A stretch of DNA of 64,000 nt from Macrostomum lignano (Eukaryota), in NCBI GenBank assembly GCA_002269645.1, contig NIVC01000031.1:62001-126000 (forward strand). Reading direction: 5' to 3'. The notes beneath the pieces are model-generated. The model did no database searches. It saw only the letters and a program-made list of their open reading frames with translations, and was not told the DNA's origin. Positions 12,591-37,836 of the stretch are shown in pieces. Every line of letters starts with the position of its first letter. Position 1 is the first letter of the stretch. The position numbers were made by a program, and so were the translations under genes.

Positions 12591-12605
12591 GTTGCCATGG
12601 GCAAC
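12591..12605. promoter_or_regulatory. Candidate RFX X-box (GTTGCCATGGGCAAC)
   Basis: Perfect GTTGCC-N3-GGCAAC palindrome matching the X-box consensus GTNRCC-N(0-3)-RGYAAC, ~1.9 kb upstream of the first recognised ANKAR exon. Confidence 0.45.
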
Positions 12606-13466
12606 CATCGAGAGACAAAGGCACGCGTTGTTTTGTAGGATGGGGATGCTTTATTTTTGAGTGGGTTGGCTGCTTCCCCCTCTCCTCTCTCCATTGTTTA
12701 ATTCTGTAGTGGTCTTGGCCAGCGGCAGGGGTGGCTGAAGAAGGCCGGGTGAGAGATTCCGGGGCTCAGGGATAATTTGCACAGGAGAAAAAGAGTCCAG
12801 CATCATGAACCCGCGAGAATGCACGCACCCCCCCCCCAACAGGTACAGCGTGACTTCTAATTTCACTCTATTAAGCCTCGCTCCAGAGATAGAGCTTAAG
12901 AGACTGGGATCGGGATGGGGTAGGAAATTTTGGAAAGAAACACGCTGGGAGTCAGGGCTCGATAATGGCGCGCTGTCTGCAGAAAATGTGGCTGCATGGG
13001 TTGATCGCGTGGCTGTTCTGTCTTCTTCCCTATCTCTCTATCCTTGTCTTTGAGTTCTGCAAATGCTGAGCTGCCTACGTGCAACTCAAGTACGCAATTG
13101 AGTATTCAGAATTGCTGAGATGGGGGCGGCCTGCCATAACTATCTGGGGTATAAATTTCAGATAGTTCCGGACTTGCTAAGCTACATACACCTAAAGCTG
13201 CATAGGTTATATCAGGTTTATCAAGTCGACTATTTAAAATCCAACTCTCAATTAGCAACAGCATGCTAAAGAAACGCCTCGCTGGCAAGGAAATGTTTAA
13301 AAACATGTAAGCTGCCCACAAAAAGTCTGTCTGCTTCGTTCAACTTTCTTTTTCGATTCTTGAAAATCTGTTATTGATATTTTAGAGCGTTTTTTTAGCC
13401 GGGAAGCAAATGAACTTCTGTTCACTTTAATATCTTTTATATGCTATAAAATAGCGCTAAAATACA

Positions 13467-13923
13467 CAGGGGCGTAGCCAGAGGGGGGGGGCAAGGGGGC
13501 CGTGGCCCCCCCATAATCACCAACTCTGGCCTTGGCGCCCCCCTCCCCCTAAAAGAAACTGGCGCCCCCACTAAAAGAAACTGGCGCCCCCTATAAGAAA
13601 CTGGCGCCCCCCCCCTAAAAGAAACTGGCGCCCCCCTCCTAAAAGAAACTGGCGCCCCCTATAAGAAACTGGCGCCCCCTAAAAGAAACTGGCGCCCCCC
13701 CTCCTAAAAGAAACTGGCGCCCCCTAAAAGAAACTGGCGTCCCCCTAAAAGAAACTGGCGCCCCCTATAAGAAACTGGCGCCCCCCTAAAAGAAACTGGC
13801 GCCCCCCCTCCTAAAAGAAACTGGCGCCCCCTAAAAGAAACTGGCGCCCCCCCCCCCCTATAAGAAGCTGGCGCCCCCTAACTCACGGCCCCCCCCCAAT
13901 CAAAATTCCTGGCTACGCCCCTG
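13467..13923. mobile_element. hAT-type MITE with an internal 21-bp minisatellite
   Basis: 15-bp TIRs CAGGGGCGTAGCCAG ... CTGGCTACGCCCCTG; perfect 8-bp TSD AAAATACA (13459-13466, 13924-13931); interior is (TAAAAGAAACTGGCGCCCCCC)n. Confidence 0.9.
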
Positions 13924-14162
13924 AAAATACACAGGCTTTGATTCACCTTGGTTGTATGGGCACAGAGTGTGCACCTCTGCAATAATAACAATAATTCCTT
14001 TGGCAGAATCATCCCACAGCCAGTGCTGACGTTAATTCTTCCCATTGCGCTCACTTCTGAGCACATGCAAGCCACGGAATTAAATCAAGGGGTCGTGGCC
14101 CGAAAGTCAGACTCTGCCACAGCAACTCATATTTGACGGACTTGTTCTTTGTTAATCTAATA

Positions 14163-14416
14163 GGGGGTTGTAGCCTAGTGGTTAAGAACGTCGGACTTAC
14201 GACTTGAAGATCGGGGGTTCGATTCCCGATTCTACTGGAACAATTTGTGTCCTTAAGCAAGACACTTAACTCTGCATTGCTTCAGTTCACCCAGCTGTAA
14301 AATGGGTGCCAGCATTAGCTGGGGTAATTGAGGCTGTGTGTGGCGACCCCCCAGTCCTTGGACTGAACAGCCGAACGCAGCCTCCAGATGCGCCGCGCAA
14401 TAGCTGCGGCTGAGCT
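14163..14416 (+). mobile_element. tRNA-derived CORE-like SINE, copy 2
   Basis: GGGGTTGTAGCCTAGTGG...GGTTCGATTCCC head followed by the same body and tail as the copy at 6038-6289. Confidence 0.88.
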
Positions 14417-14496
14417 GTCGGTTGCACATCTGGCCCAATTAGGGCAGGTATAATCATTAATTAATCTAATGCGAGTATTATCTCCTTTTACTGCAG

Positions 14497-26839
<12,343 letters not shown>

Positions 26840-26989
26840 AGATTTTCACTGCATGGGAAATGCCGGCGGACCGTGTGATTCTCTTCATAGAAACTTATGT
26901 GATAATTTTAATTTTTAAATACGAAGTTGGGTACGCCAAGTGGATATTAGTGTCGTTAGACGTAGTTAATCTGTGCTAGATGTGGTTTT

Positions 26990-27850
26990 CTATCTGGGAA
27001 TTCATCTGTTAGACATCATGCGTTCACCTTATATAAATATGATCGATGCCACCTGTTAGACACGATGAGTGCCACCTGTTAGACATGATTGGTGCCATCT
27101 GTTAGACATGATGAGTGCCACCTAGTTAGACATGATGAGTGCCACCTGTTAGACATAATTGGTGCCAGCTGTTAGACATGATGAGTGCCACCTAGTTAGA
27201 CATGATGAGTGCCACCTGTTAGATATGATGAGTGCCACCTGTTAGACATGATGAGTGCCACCTGTTAGACATGATGAGTGCCACCTGTTAGACATGATGA
27301 GTGCCACCTGTTAGACATGATGAGTGCCACCTGTTAGACATGATGAGTGCCACCTGTTAGACATGATGAGTGCCACCTGTTAGACATGATGAGTGCCACC
27401 TAGTTAGACATGATGAGTGCCACCTGTTAGACATGATTGGTGCCACCTGTTAGACATGATGAGTGCCACGTGTTAGACATGATGAGTGCCACCTGTTAGA
27501 CATGATGAGTGCCACCTGTTAGACATGATGAGTGCCACCTGTTAGACATGATGAGTGCCACCTGTTAGACATGATGAGTGCCACCTGTTAGGCATGATTG
27601 GTGCGACCTGTTAGTGTAGACATGATGAGTGTCACCTGTTAGACATGATGAGTGCCACCTGTTAGACATGATGAGTGCCACCTGTTAGGCATGATTGGTG
27701 CGACCTGTTAGTGTAGACATGATGAGTGTCACCTGTTAGACATGACGAGTGCCACCTGTTAGACATGATGAGTGCCAGCCTGTTAGACATGAGTTTGTCT
27801 TCTGTTAGACAACTTAGATATGGTGTCACCTGTTAGACATGAGGTGTCAC
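26990..27850. repeat. 23-bp minisatellite GTGCCACCTGTTAGACATGATGA
   Basis: Direct periodicity downstream of the ANKAR stop. Confidence 0.95.
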
Positions 27851-28518
27851 CTGCTTAGGAAGAAGTTGAGATGTAAGAAAGATCTATCTGTAATTGACAA
27901 AGAAGTTGTACAGCACCTTACCTGAACGAATTTACATGTACATTTAAGCCTATGAATCCACTAGGACTACAAAAGTACAAATGAAAACTGTATGAATCAC
28001 CGCAAAACTACAACAGAATCCTGTAAAATTTGAGGCAAGCCAAAGGTACAAGCTATAAGTACAAATATGTATTGCTAAAACTGATTTTGTCTTCGAAGTC
28101 TGACATTCGAATTAATTTTTTGTAAGTAAAACAAGTTTTTCTGAGTACTTTATGAATACTTTCTCTTTATTTTTAGTGTACTTTACTGATAACCAGCTGC
28201 TGATAAATTATTGAATTTCACTTTAACATCATTCGAACCTATATTACTCGCATGTAATAACATTCACCTCTTTGTGTAAGTCTACAATAAGAGAATTTTT
28301 CCGCATTATTGGCCTGTATATGCTTCAAAAATATCTACCCATGACACGTGGTTAAAACAAATATCCTTTAACTTTTTCATAAAAATATAAACGAGATATC
28401 TCGATAGAAATAATTTTAATTTACTTTTATTTTATATAAAGATCTTCCCAGACAATTTAATGATTAAATTTGCGTTCTTCGGCTAATTAAACCAAATTAA
28501 CTGACGTCACACTCAATG

Positions 28519-31500
28519 GACCAATCAGAGAACAGCAGTTCTCAATCCAACTGACCAATCGGAGAACAGCAGTTCTCAATCCAACTGACCAATCAGAGAA
28601 CAGTAGTTCTCAATCCAACTGACCAAGCAGAGAACAGCAGTTCTCAATCCAACTGACCAATCGGAGAACAGCAGTTCTCAATCCAACTGACCAATCAGAG
28701 AACAGTAGTTCTCAATCCAACTGACCAATCGGAGAACAGTAGTTCTCAATCCAACTGACCAATCAGAGAACAGTAGTTCTGAATCCAACTGACCAATCAG
28801 AGAACAGCAGTTCTCAATCCAACAGACCAATCAGAGAACAGCAGTTCTCAATACAACTGACAAATCGGAGAACAGCAGTTCTCAATACAACTGACCAATC
28901 AGAGAACAGCAGTTCTCAATACAACAGACCAATCAGAGAACAGCAGTTCTCAATCCAACTGACCAATCAGAGAACAGCAGTTCTCAATCCAACTGACCAA
29001 TCAGAGAACAGCAGTTCTCAATACAACTGACCAATCGGAGAACAGCAGTTCTCAATACAACTGACCAATAAGAGAACAGCAGTTCTCAATCCAACAGACC
29101 AATCAGAGAACAGTAGTTCTCAATCCAACAGACCAATCAGAGAACAGCAGTTTTCAATCCAACTGACCAATCGGAGAACAGCAGTTCTCAATCCAACTGA
29201 CCAATCAGAGAACAGCAGTTCTCAATCCAACTGACCAATCAGAGAACAGCAGTTCTCAATCCAACAGACCAATCAGAGAACAGCAGTTCTCAATCCAACT
29301 GACCAATCAGAGAACAGCAGTTCTCAATCCAACTGACCAATCAGAGAACAGCAGTTCTCAATCCAACTGAGGAACCAATCAGATAACAGCAGTTCTCAAT
29401 CCAACTGAGGAACCAATCAGAGAACAGCAGTTCTCAATCCAACTGAGGAACCAATCAGATAACAGCAGTTCTCAATCCAACTGAGGAACCAATCAGAGAA
29501 CAGCAGTTCTCAATCCAACTGAGGAACCAATCAGAGAACAGCAGTTCTCAATCCAACTGAGGAACCAATCAGAGAACAGCAGTTCTCAATCCAACTGAGG
29601 AACCAATCAGATAACAGCAGTTCTCAATCCAACTGACCAATCAGAGAACAGCAGTTCTCAATCCAACAGACCAATCAGAGAACAGCAGTTTTCAATCCAA
29701 CTGACCAATCAGAGAACAGCAGTTTTCAATACAACTGACCAATCAGAGAACAGCAGTTCTCAATCCAACAGACCAATCAGAGAACAGCAGTTTTCAATCC
29801 AACTGACCAATCAGAGAACAGCAGTTCTCAATCCAACTGACCAATCAGAGAACAGCAGTTCTCAATCCAACTGACCAATCAGAGAACAGCAGTTCTCAAT
29901 CCAACAGACCAATCAGAGAACAGCAGTTCTCAATCCAACTGACCAATCAGAGAACAGCAGTTCTCAATCCAACTGACCAATCAGAGAACAGCAGTTCTCA
30001 ATCCAACTGAGGAACCAATAAGATAACAGCAGTTCTCAATCCAACTGAGGAACCAATCAGAGAACAGCAGTTCTCAATCCAACTGAGGAACCAATCAGAG
30101 AACAGCAGTTCTCAATCCAACTGAGGAACCAATCAGAGAACAGCAGTTCTCAATCCAACAGACCAATCAGAGAACAGCAGTTCTCAATCCAACAGACCAA
30201 TCAGAGAACAGCAGTTCTCAATCCAACAGACCAAGCAGAGAACAGCAGTTCTCAATCCAACAGACCAATCAGAGAACAGCAGTTCTCAATCCAACAGACC
30301 AATCAGAGAACAGCAGTTCTCAATCCAACAGACCAATCAGAGAACAGCAGTTCTCAATCCAACAGACCAATCAGAGAACAGCAGTTCTCAATCCAACTGA
30401 CCAATCAGAGAACAGCAGTTCTCAATCCAACTGACCAATCAGAGAACAGCAGTTCTCAATCCAACTGAGGAACCAATCAGATAACAGCAGTTCTCAATCC
30501 AACTGAGGAACCAATCAGAGAACAGCAGTTCTCAATCCAACAGACCAATCAGAGAACAGCAGTTCTCAATCCAACAGACCAAGCAGAGAACAGCAGTTCT
30601 CAATCCAACAGACCAATCAGAGAACAGCAGTTCTCAATCCAACAGACCAATCAGAGAACAGCAGTTCTCAATCCAACAGACCAATCAGAGAACAGCAGTT
30701 CTCAATCCAACTGACCAATCAGAGAACAGCAGTTCTCAATCCAACTGACCAATCAGAGAACAGCAGTTCTCAATCCAACTGACCAATCAGAGAACAGCAG
30801 TTCTCAATCCAACTGAGGAACCAATCAGATAACAGCAGTTCTCAATCCAACTGAGGAACCAATCAGAGAACAGCAGTTCTCAATCCAACTGAGGAACCAA
30901 TCAGATAACAGCAGTTCTCAATCCAACTGAGGAACCAATCAGAGAACAGCAGTTCTCAATCCAACTGAGGAACCAATCAGAGAACAGCAGTTCTCAATCC
31001 AACAGACCAAGCAGAGAACAGCAGTTCTCAATCCAACAGACCAATCAGAGAACAGCAGTTCTCAATCCAACAGACCAATCAGAGAACAGTAGTTCTCAAT
31101 CCAACAGACCAATCAGAGAACAGCAGTTCTCAATACAACTGACCAATCAGAGAACAGCAGTTCTCAATCCAACAGACCAATCAGAGAACAGTAGTTCTCA
31201 ATCCAACAGACCAATCAGAGAACAGCAGTTCTCAATCCAACAGACCAATCAGAGAACAGCAGTTCTCAATCCAACAGACCAATCAGAGAACAGCAGTTCT
31301 CAATCCAACTGACCAATCAGAGAACAGCAGTTCTCAATCCAACTGACCAATCAGAGAACAGCAGTTCTCAATCCAACTGACCAATCAGAGAACAGCAGTT
31401 CTCAATCCAACTGAGGAACCAATCAGATAACAGCAGTTCTCAATCCAACTGAGGAACCAATCAGAGAACAGCAGTTCTCAATCCAACTGAGGAACCAATC

Positions 31501-31855
31501 AGAGAACAGCAGTTCTCAATCCAACTGAGGAACCAATCAGAGAACAGCAGTTCTCAATCCAACAGACCAAGCAGAGAACAGCAGTTCTCAATCCAACAGA
31601 CCAATCAGAGAACAGCAGTTCTCAATCCAACTGAGGAACCAATCAGAGAACAGCAGTTCTCAATCCAACAGACCAAGCAGAGAACAGCAGTTCTCAATAC
31701 AACTGACCAATCAGAGAACAGCAGTTCTCAATCCAACAGACCAAGCAGAGAACAGCAGTTCTCAATACAACTGACCAATCAGAAAACAGCAGTTCTCAAT
31801 CCAACAGACCAAGCAGAGAACAGCAGTTCTCAATCCAACAGACCAAGCAGAGAAC
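28519..31855. repeat. 3.3-kb satellite, ~35/38-bp unit CCAATCAGAGAACAGCAGTTCTCAATCCAACTGA(GGA)
   Basis: Highly homogeneous array between the convergent ANKAR and ARPC4 3' ends. Confidence 0.97.
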
Positions 31856-32660
31856 TGTCCTCTTAAATCATAAAAGTCCTTGTAGTACTGCTAAAGAACA
31901 AAGTCAACGCGTGAACCCGACGTAGATTTATTAAAAATTTCTTGCCTAAAAGTAGAATGGAATTACAAGGATTTAGTGCCGAAGGTATAAATATCTAGCG
32001 TATTTTTATTGAGTGTACTTTACAATTACATAATTAGCACACAATCTTCTCGCAATCACTAAGCATTATAGATTAGTTGTTATTGTCATGTGATTACAGG
32101 ATTAAATTGATAGGTGAAAATTGTCAGCCAATCTTTTTTCAAATCCGCTTATTCAAGTTAACGATACTTAAATAACACTTTTGTACTATATATAAATCAC
32201 CTTGAATATGCACATAATAAACAGATTAAGCAAAGTTGACATATTTAATATAGATTATCATAAAAACAAATTTTAATAATGACAGCCATTAAAAAGAAAC
32301 TCATCGGGAGTAGGTACTTAACAAGATAACACCATGATTAATATTTCCGATTTTTAAAAAGTCAGAAATTGATTTTTGCATGCACTACTGAGATAAGTAA
32401 GTAGTGTGTGTGGGTTAGTAAGTATAGTGGATATTAAGCGGGAAATTAATCAACAGGTTGGAGCCAATTATTAAATTCAATTAAAAATGAATAATAAAAC
32501 CAAATTTGAACTGACACTGAATAAGCGAGAGCCTCATAAATTTCAACAATAGCTCGGCAGCGCTACAAAGACACTATATTGTTAGTAATCTTACTTCAAT
32601 AAAAAGCACACATAAAAACCATCGTCAAAAGGAGATATTTCTGACCTCGGGTGAATGAAA

Positions 32661-34729
32661 TCAGGAAAACGATTTCAGAAACTCTTTGGCGCACTGCCTA
32701 GCGCGGCTGTTGATAGCCAGCCGCATCTCTGAGATCTCCCTGTCGATCTCTTCCATGAAGGTGATGACAAAGTCAACTAATTTGTGCTTGTACATGGCCT
32801 CCGTGTGAAAGTTGGTGATTAGGAAGCTCACGTCGTAGCCCTAGCAACAGGTGCGCAAAATCAGAGGTAGAAAGTTGAAGTCTCACCAATGGGAGAAGAA
32901 TCTCACCCCTGAGAACCCAGTATCTACAAGAATCTCACCCCGAAGAATTCAGTCTCTCCAGAAGAATCTCACCCTTGAGAACCCAGTATCTAGAAGAATC
33001 TCACCCCTGAGAATTCAGTCTCTCTAGAAGAATCTCACCCATGAGAAACCCAGTATCTAGAAGAATCTCACCCTCAGAATTCAGTCTCTCTAGAAGAATC
33101 TAACCCCTAAGAATTCAGTCTCTCTAGAAGAATCTCACCCCTGAGAACCCAGTATCTACAAGAATCTCACCCCTGAGAATTCAGTCTCTCTAGAAGAATC
33201 TCACCCTTGAGAACCCAGTATCTAGAAGAATCTCACCTTCAGAATTCAGTCTCTCTAGAAGAATCTAACCCCTGAGAATTCAGTCTCTCTAGAAGAATCT
33301 CACCCCTGAGAACCCAGTATCTACAAGAATCTCACCCCTGAGAATTCAGTCTCTCTAGAAGAATCTCACCCTTGAGAACCCAGTATCTACAAGAATCTCA
33401 CCCCTCAGAATTCAGTCTCTCCAGAAGAATCTCACCCTTGAGAACCCAGTATCTAGAAGAATCTCACCCTCAGAATTCAGTCTCTCTAGAAGAATCTCAC
33501 CCCTAAAAACCCAGTATCTACAAGAATCTCACCCCTGAGAATTCAGTCTCTCTAGAAGAATCTCACCCCTGAGAACCCAGTATCTACAAGAATCTCACCC
33601 CGAAGAATTCAGTCTCTCCAGAAGAATCTCACCCTTGAGAACCCAGTATCTAGAAGAATCTCACCCCTGAGAATTCAGTCTCTCTAGAAGAATCTCACCC
33701 ATGAGAAACCCAGTATCTAGAAGAATCATCATTGAGAACCCAGTATCTAGAAGAATCTCACCCCTGAGAATTCAGTCTCTCTAGAAGAATCTCACCCATG
33801 AGAAACCCAGTATCTAGAAGAATCATCATTGAGAACCCAGTATCTAGAAGAATCTCACCCTCAGAATTCAGTCTCTCTAGAAGAATCTCACCCCTGAGAA
33901 ACCCAATATCTAGAAGAATCACCATTGAGAACCCAGTATCTAGAAGAATCTCACCCTCAGAATTCAGTCTCTCTAGAAGAATCTAACCCCTGAGAATTCA
34001 GTCTCTCTATAAGAATCTCACCCCTGAGAAACCCAGTATCTAGAAGAATCTCACCCTCAGAATTCAGTCTCTCTAGAAGAATCTAACCCCTGAGAATTCA
34101 GTATCTCTATAAGAATCTCACCCCTGAGAAACCCAGTATTTAGAAGAATCTCACCCCTGAGAAACCCAGTATCTAGAAGAATCTCGCCCCTGAGAAACCA
34201 AGTATCTAGAAGAATCTCACCCCTGAGAAACCCAGTATCTAGAAGAATCTCACTCCTGAGAACTCGGGTCACTCTTCAAGCAAAATGAAAACCCACCTCA
34301 ACTGGCTGTCGCCTCAACACAACGAAGTCCTCAGCTCGCATAGTCATAAATTTGGTGAATTTATGACAGAGCATCTTCTCAATATCATCGGCCTGCTTAA
34401 TGACAATGCTGATTCGGACGGAATTAACTGACGCTTCAATTAATACTCGTTCGCGTTCGTTTCGACTGACAACTACGGGAGCCAATAGGAGCTCTTTGCT
34501 GCTTCTAAAAGAAGATTAACAAGAGAGGGTTAATTACAAGTAGTTTTTTGAACTATATCTAAAACTGGCCAGATGCTCTGAAAGTAAGTAACAGACAAAT
34601 GAAGAATATCACTTACTTAGTTTCAACCTCTGGCTTATTGTGCCTTTCAACAACTTGAGAACTGAAATTCTCCAGACACAACGCTGCAGTAAGGGTGCTG
34701 CGCACAGCAGCTAGGTACGGTTTCAGCGC
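32661..34729 (-). CDS. ARPC4: Actin-related protein 2/3 complex subunit 4 (exons 34729-34617, 34504-34297, 32840-32661; ATG not within these exons)
   Basis: Spliced translation [98 protein letters not shown]...[59 protein letters not shown] is an unmistakable ARPC4 match; GT-AG phases are consistent. Confidence 0.97.
32885..34262. repeat. Intronic minisatellite with two alternating ~34-bp subunits (GAGAACCCAGTATCTAGAAGAATCTCACCC / GAATTCAGTCTCTCTAGAAGAATCTCACCC)
   Basis: Fills ARPC4 intron 34296-32841; the A/B alternation is visible by eye. Confidence 0.93.
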
Positions 34730-37242
34730 CTGAAATATTCAATCATAAAACATATACTGTAAATAATTTTAAACAAACTATAGAAAATTGGCAAGCTATT
34801 TTATTTTAAGATTTGGTTACATATTTTTTTGTCTCAATTTTAGAATTACATAATTTACATTGGTGTAGACTATGCGATGCATCTATGTAAATCTGGGCCC
34901 AAACTCAGGATGCTAGCTTGCTTTAGAAAAAAAATAATCAAAAGAATACCTACATATCTACCCTGATTTTACATTGCCAAGTCTATTCAACCCACAGAAG
35001 AAATCATATTTACAGATGATAAAATTGGACACTTGACAGAAGTCTAAAAATCCCAAGGATTCCAATACTTATTAATTAAACTTCACATAAAAAATGCTTT
35101 CTTAAAGAAAATATACAAACTGCAAGAACTCAAACTGCAAATTCTGGCTAATACTAAATAGGTTGGTGTATGATCAATATACACTATGACACAAAATGAC
35201 TACACATTCATTATAATGGTATTATAATTTATAGTATAGTACATAGTCCCTTTGCTTTTTGGTAGCCCAGTTTGTTTTTTAGCATACAAATAATAATTGA
35301 TGTCTAAATAAAAAACTAGTATAAAAATAAATGTTGATAGACTTTACCATATATACTTACTATAAGCCAGCTATGTAGTGCCCCACAAGATTGTAGTGCA
35401 ATCTAGTGCCCTCCTTTATGGTGCCCAATAAGCAAAGAGCAAAAATTATTCATGGAAAACAATAAAAAAGCACATTTTTTTAAGAACCAACAAATTCCTT
35501 CTTTTTGGTTTTATAAATCACCTAATTTGAGTAAAATTGTCTTGGACAAAGATATTTGCTATGAATCTGTTTTTTTCTAAAAGTAACAAAAAAACAACAA
35601 AATAAAGCCTTCACAAAGATAATAGGCATTCCCCCTAAATAGAACACATCTCAAGATAGAAAGCTAGATAGCAAGCATCTTGCAGATAGCAAACATCCCC
35701 CCTGATAACAAGCATACTGCAGATAACAAGCATCCCTAAATGGCAAACATCCCTAAATAGAAAGAATCCCATACATATAGATACATGTGATAGTATCCCC
35801 CTCACCCAAATACTGGCAAATAGCAAATACCCCCCCCCTCAAGAGCAAGCATCCCCCAAAAGTAAGCAACCACCAGACAGCAAGTAGCTAGGGCCTAGTG
35901 CAAATATTTCCTTCACTAATGCAATAATTGCTTTCTTAGATTGTGCAATAATCTATGTCTTAGTTAGTGCAATAATCTTTTAGCTTATCAAAAAAATAAT
36001 CCTTGGTTTATCAAGTGTAATAATCCATGGCTTATCAAGTGAAATAATTCTTGGCTTATTAAGTACAATCTCCATATCTTTTTAATTAGTCAAAGATTCA
36101 AACCTATGTTGCTGCATTGGCGGTTCAGTGACAGTCAGTTCACATCTAGGCTAGCTCTCATCAAATTTAAAAAATGAATTTGTAGCACTTATATAATTCA
36201 ACACTCATACCAAGTCAGTTAGAGAAAAAGTTGTATAAATTAGTTATACATAATCAATTTCTCAGTCAGTCCAGTTTCAGTTTCAAGTAAAGTTGACAAT
36301 GTGGTTATACAATCGAAATCAATTCTTGTGCTATGCTTCCACACTATGTTTTCAATACTGTGATACAATTTAAAGCCAGATTACAATTCAGTCATGATCT
36401 ATTTTAGAATCAGAATTCAACTAGTAAGTTTTTTTCTAGCATTCTTATAATGTATTTCAAGTCAAAAGAGCTGCTTGACCTTTGAAAAAAGCATGTTTTT
36501 TCAAATATATAATGCCTTTAGCATTGGCCATTGAACAATCTCTTATCTACAATACATGTACTATCACAGAAAATTTTCTGATTGAATGGTACTAAGTTTA
36601 AAGAAAATTGGTTGAGCAATTTTTTTGAAATCAATTATATACCAACAAACCATTTTTAGTATATAGAATAATGCATTTTATTCAAAAAAGACTTTTCAAG
36701 ATTAAAATGAGCATATTAGCTTATAAAATGGAGATGTAGGTAATTTATAAAATTTTAGGTCTAGGTCTACAAACAACTAGTCTAGGCCTACAATAGACTA
36801 GAGTAGTCTATAGTGTGCCTAGGCTATATTAAGGACTTAGTAAAGGTCCCATGACTTGCAAAGATATATACAAGAAGCAAATTGGAATAAAGAATTAGGA
36901 TTTTTAACAAACGAAGAACTCTACAATGCAATTAACATAACAAGCATTAGATACAAAAAGACAAAAAGGCAACTTATATTTTAGGCTTGCAGGTTTTTAA
37001 TCTTCACAAAAGATATAAAACTTATATCTTGACAATAGAAAGTTTCTTGGCAATTTCTTAAAACTTTATCTAGAATTGCAGATCAATATCCTATTTTGTA
37101 TTTCCTAGGCATAAGATAAGGCCTAAGTTTTTATGAATAGGCCAGTCATACTTATATTAGAAATTAATATATATATAATAAGTTTTTTGCTAGTTTTTTT
37201 ATATTATTATATTTAAAACATAGTTAGAATATTAAACTATGC

Positions 37243-37836
37243 CCCTATAGGAAAAAGTTGTAAAACCGCGGACGGTGTCCGGCGCACTTTTGAAATTTTT
37301 CTAAAGCGCAGCGCGCGCACAGGCGCATCGCCTGCGCGCGCGCTGCCCTTTCTTATTGGCTGCTGCTCTAGCAAATACATATACATGTAAATGGGTATAA
37401 TACCTCTATTGAAGGGGCTTATACACTCGTAATTTATTAAGCTTAGAGATGTTCCGAAAATTCAATTTCAATTTTCCAAAATTTGAAATTTTTTAGAGCG
37501 AATTTCAATTTTGAAAAAAATTTAAAAAGTGAAAATTTTGGTAGTGTCTAAAAAGTCGCTAAAAATAAACTACTTTCTACTACATATACATGTATTACTT
37601 TTTGCTTAAGCAGTAAATTAAAAGTAGAAAAGTGAGTGTTGATCATACTAAACTTTGTTTTTCTAAATTATGATTTTAGGAAATTTCAATTTTGATTTTG
37701 GAAAGTTAGCGAATTTTGATTTCGACGAAACTGCAGATCTTACGGAACATCTCTAATAATCCTAAAGCGCGGTAAAATAGTTTGACTCTTTTCTAAAGCG
37801 CGCGTCCGCGGGTTTTTAACATTTATTCCAATAGGG
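37243..37836. mobile_element. Non-autonomous DNA transposon with 8-bp TSD, containing a nested MITE
   Basis: Imperfect ~35-bp TIRs CCCTATAGGAAAAAGTTGTAAAACCGCGGACG / CGTCCGCGGGTTTTTAACATTTATTCCAATAGGG; perfect TSD AACTATGC (37235-37242, 37837-37844). Confidence 0.75.
37444..37755. mobile_element. hAT-like MITE nested in the 37243-37836 element
   Basis: 13-bp TIR TAGAGATGTTCCG...CGGAACATCTCTA; the 8-bp flanks match at only 5/8 positions (ATTAAGCT vs ATAATCCT). Confidence 0.6.

Noticed and set aside
14163-14235. tRNA-like sequence with A and B boxes
   Set aside because: It is the SINE head: the anticodon stem is imperfect, it differs among copies, and it is always followed by the SINE body.
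28519-31855. CRISPR-like appearance (palindromic ~35-bp repeat)
   Set aside because: The units are contiguous with no unique spacers, there are no cas genes, and the context is eukaryotic.
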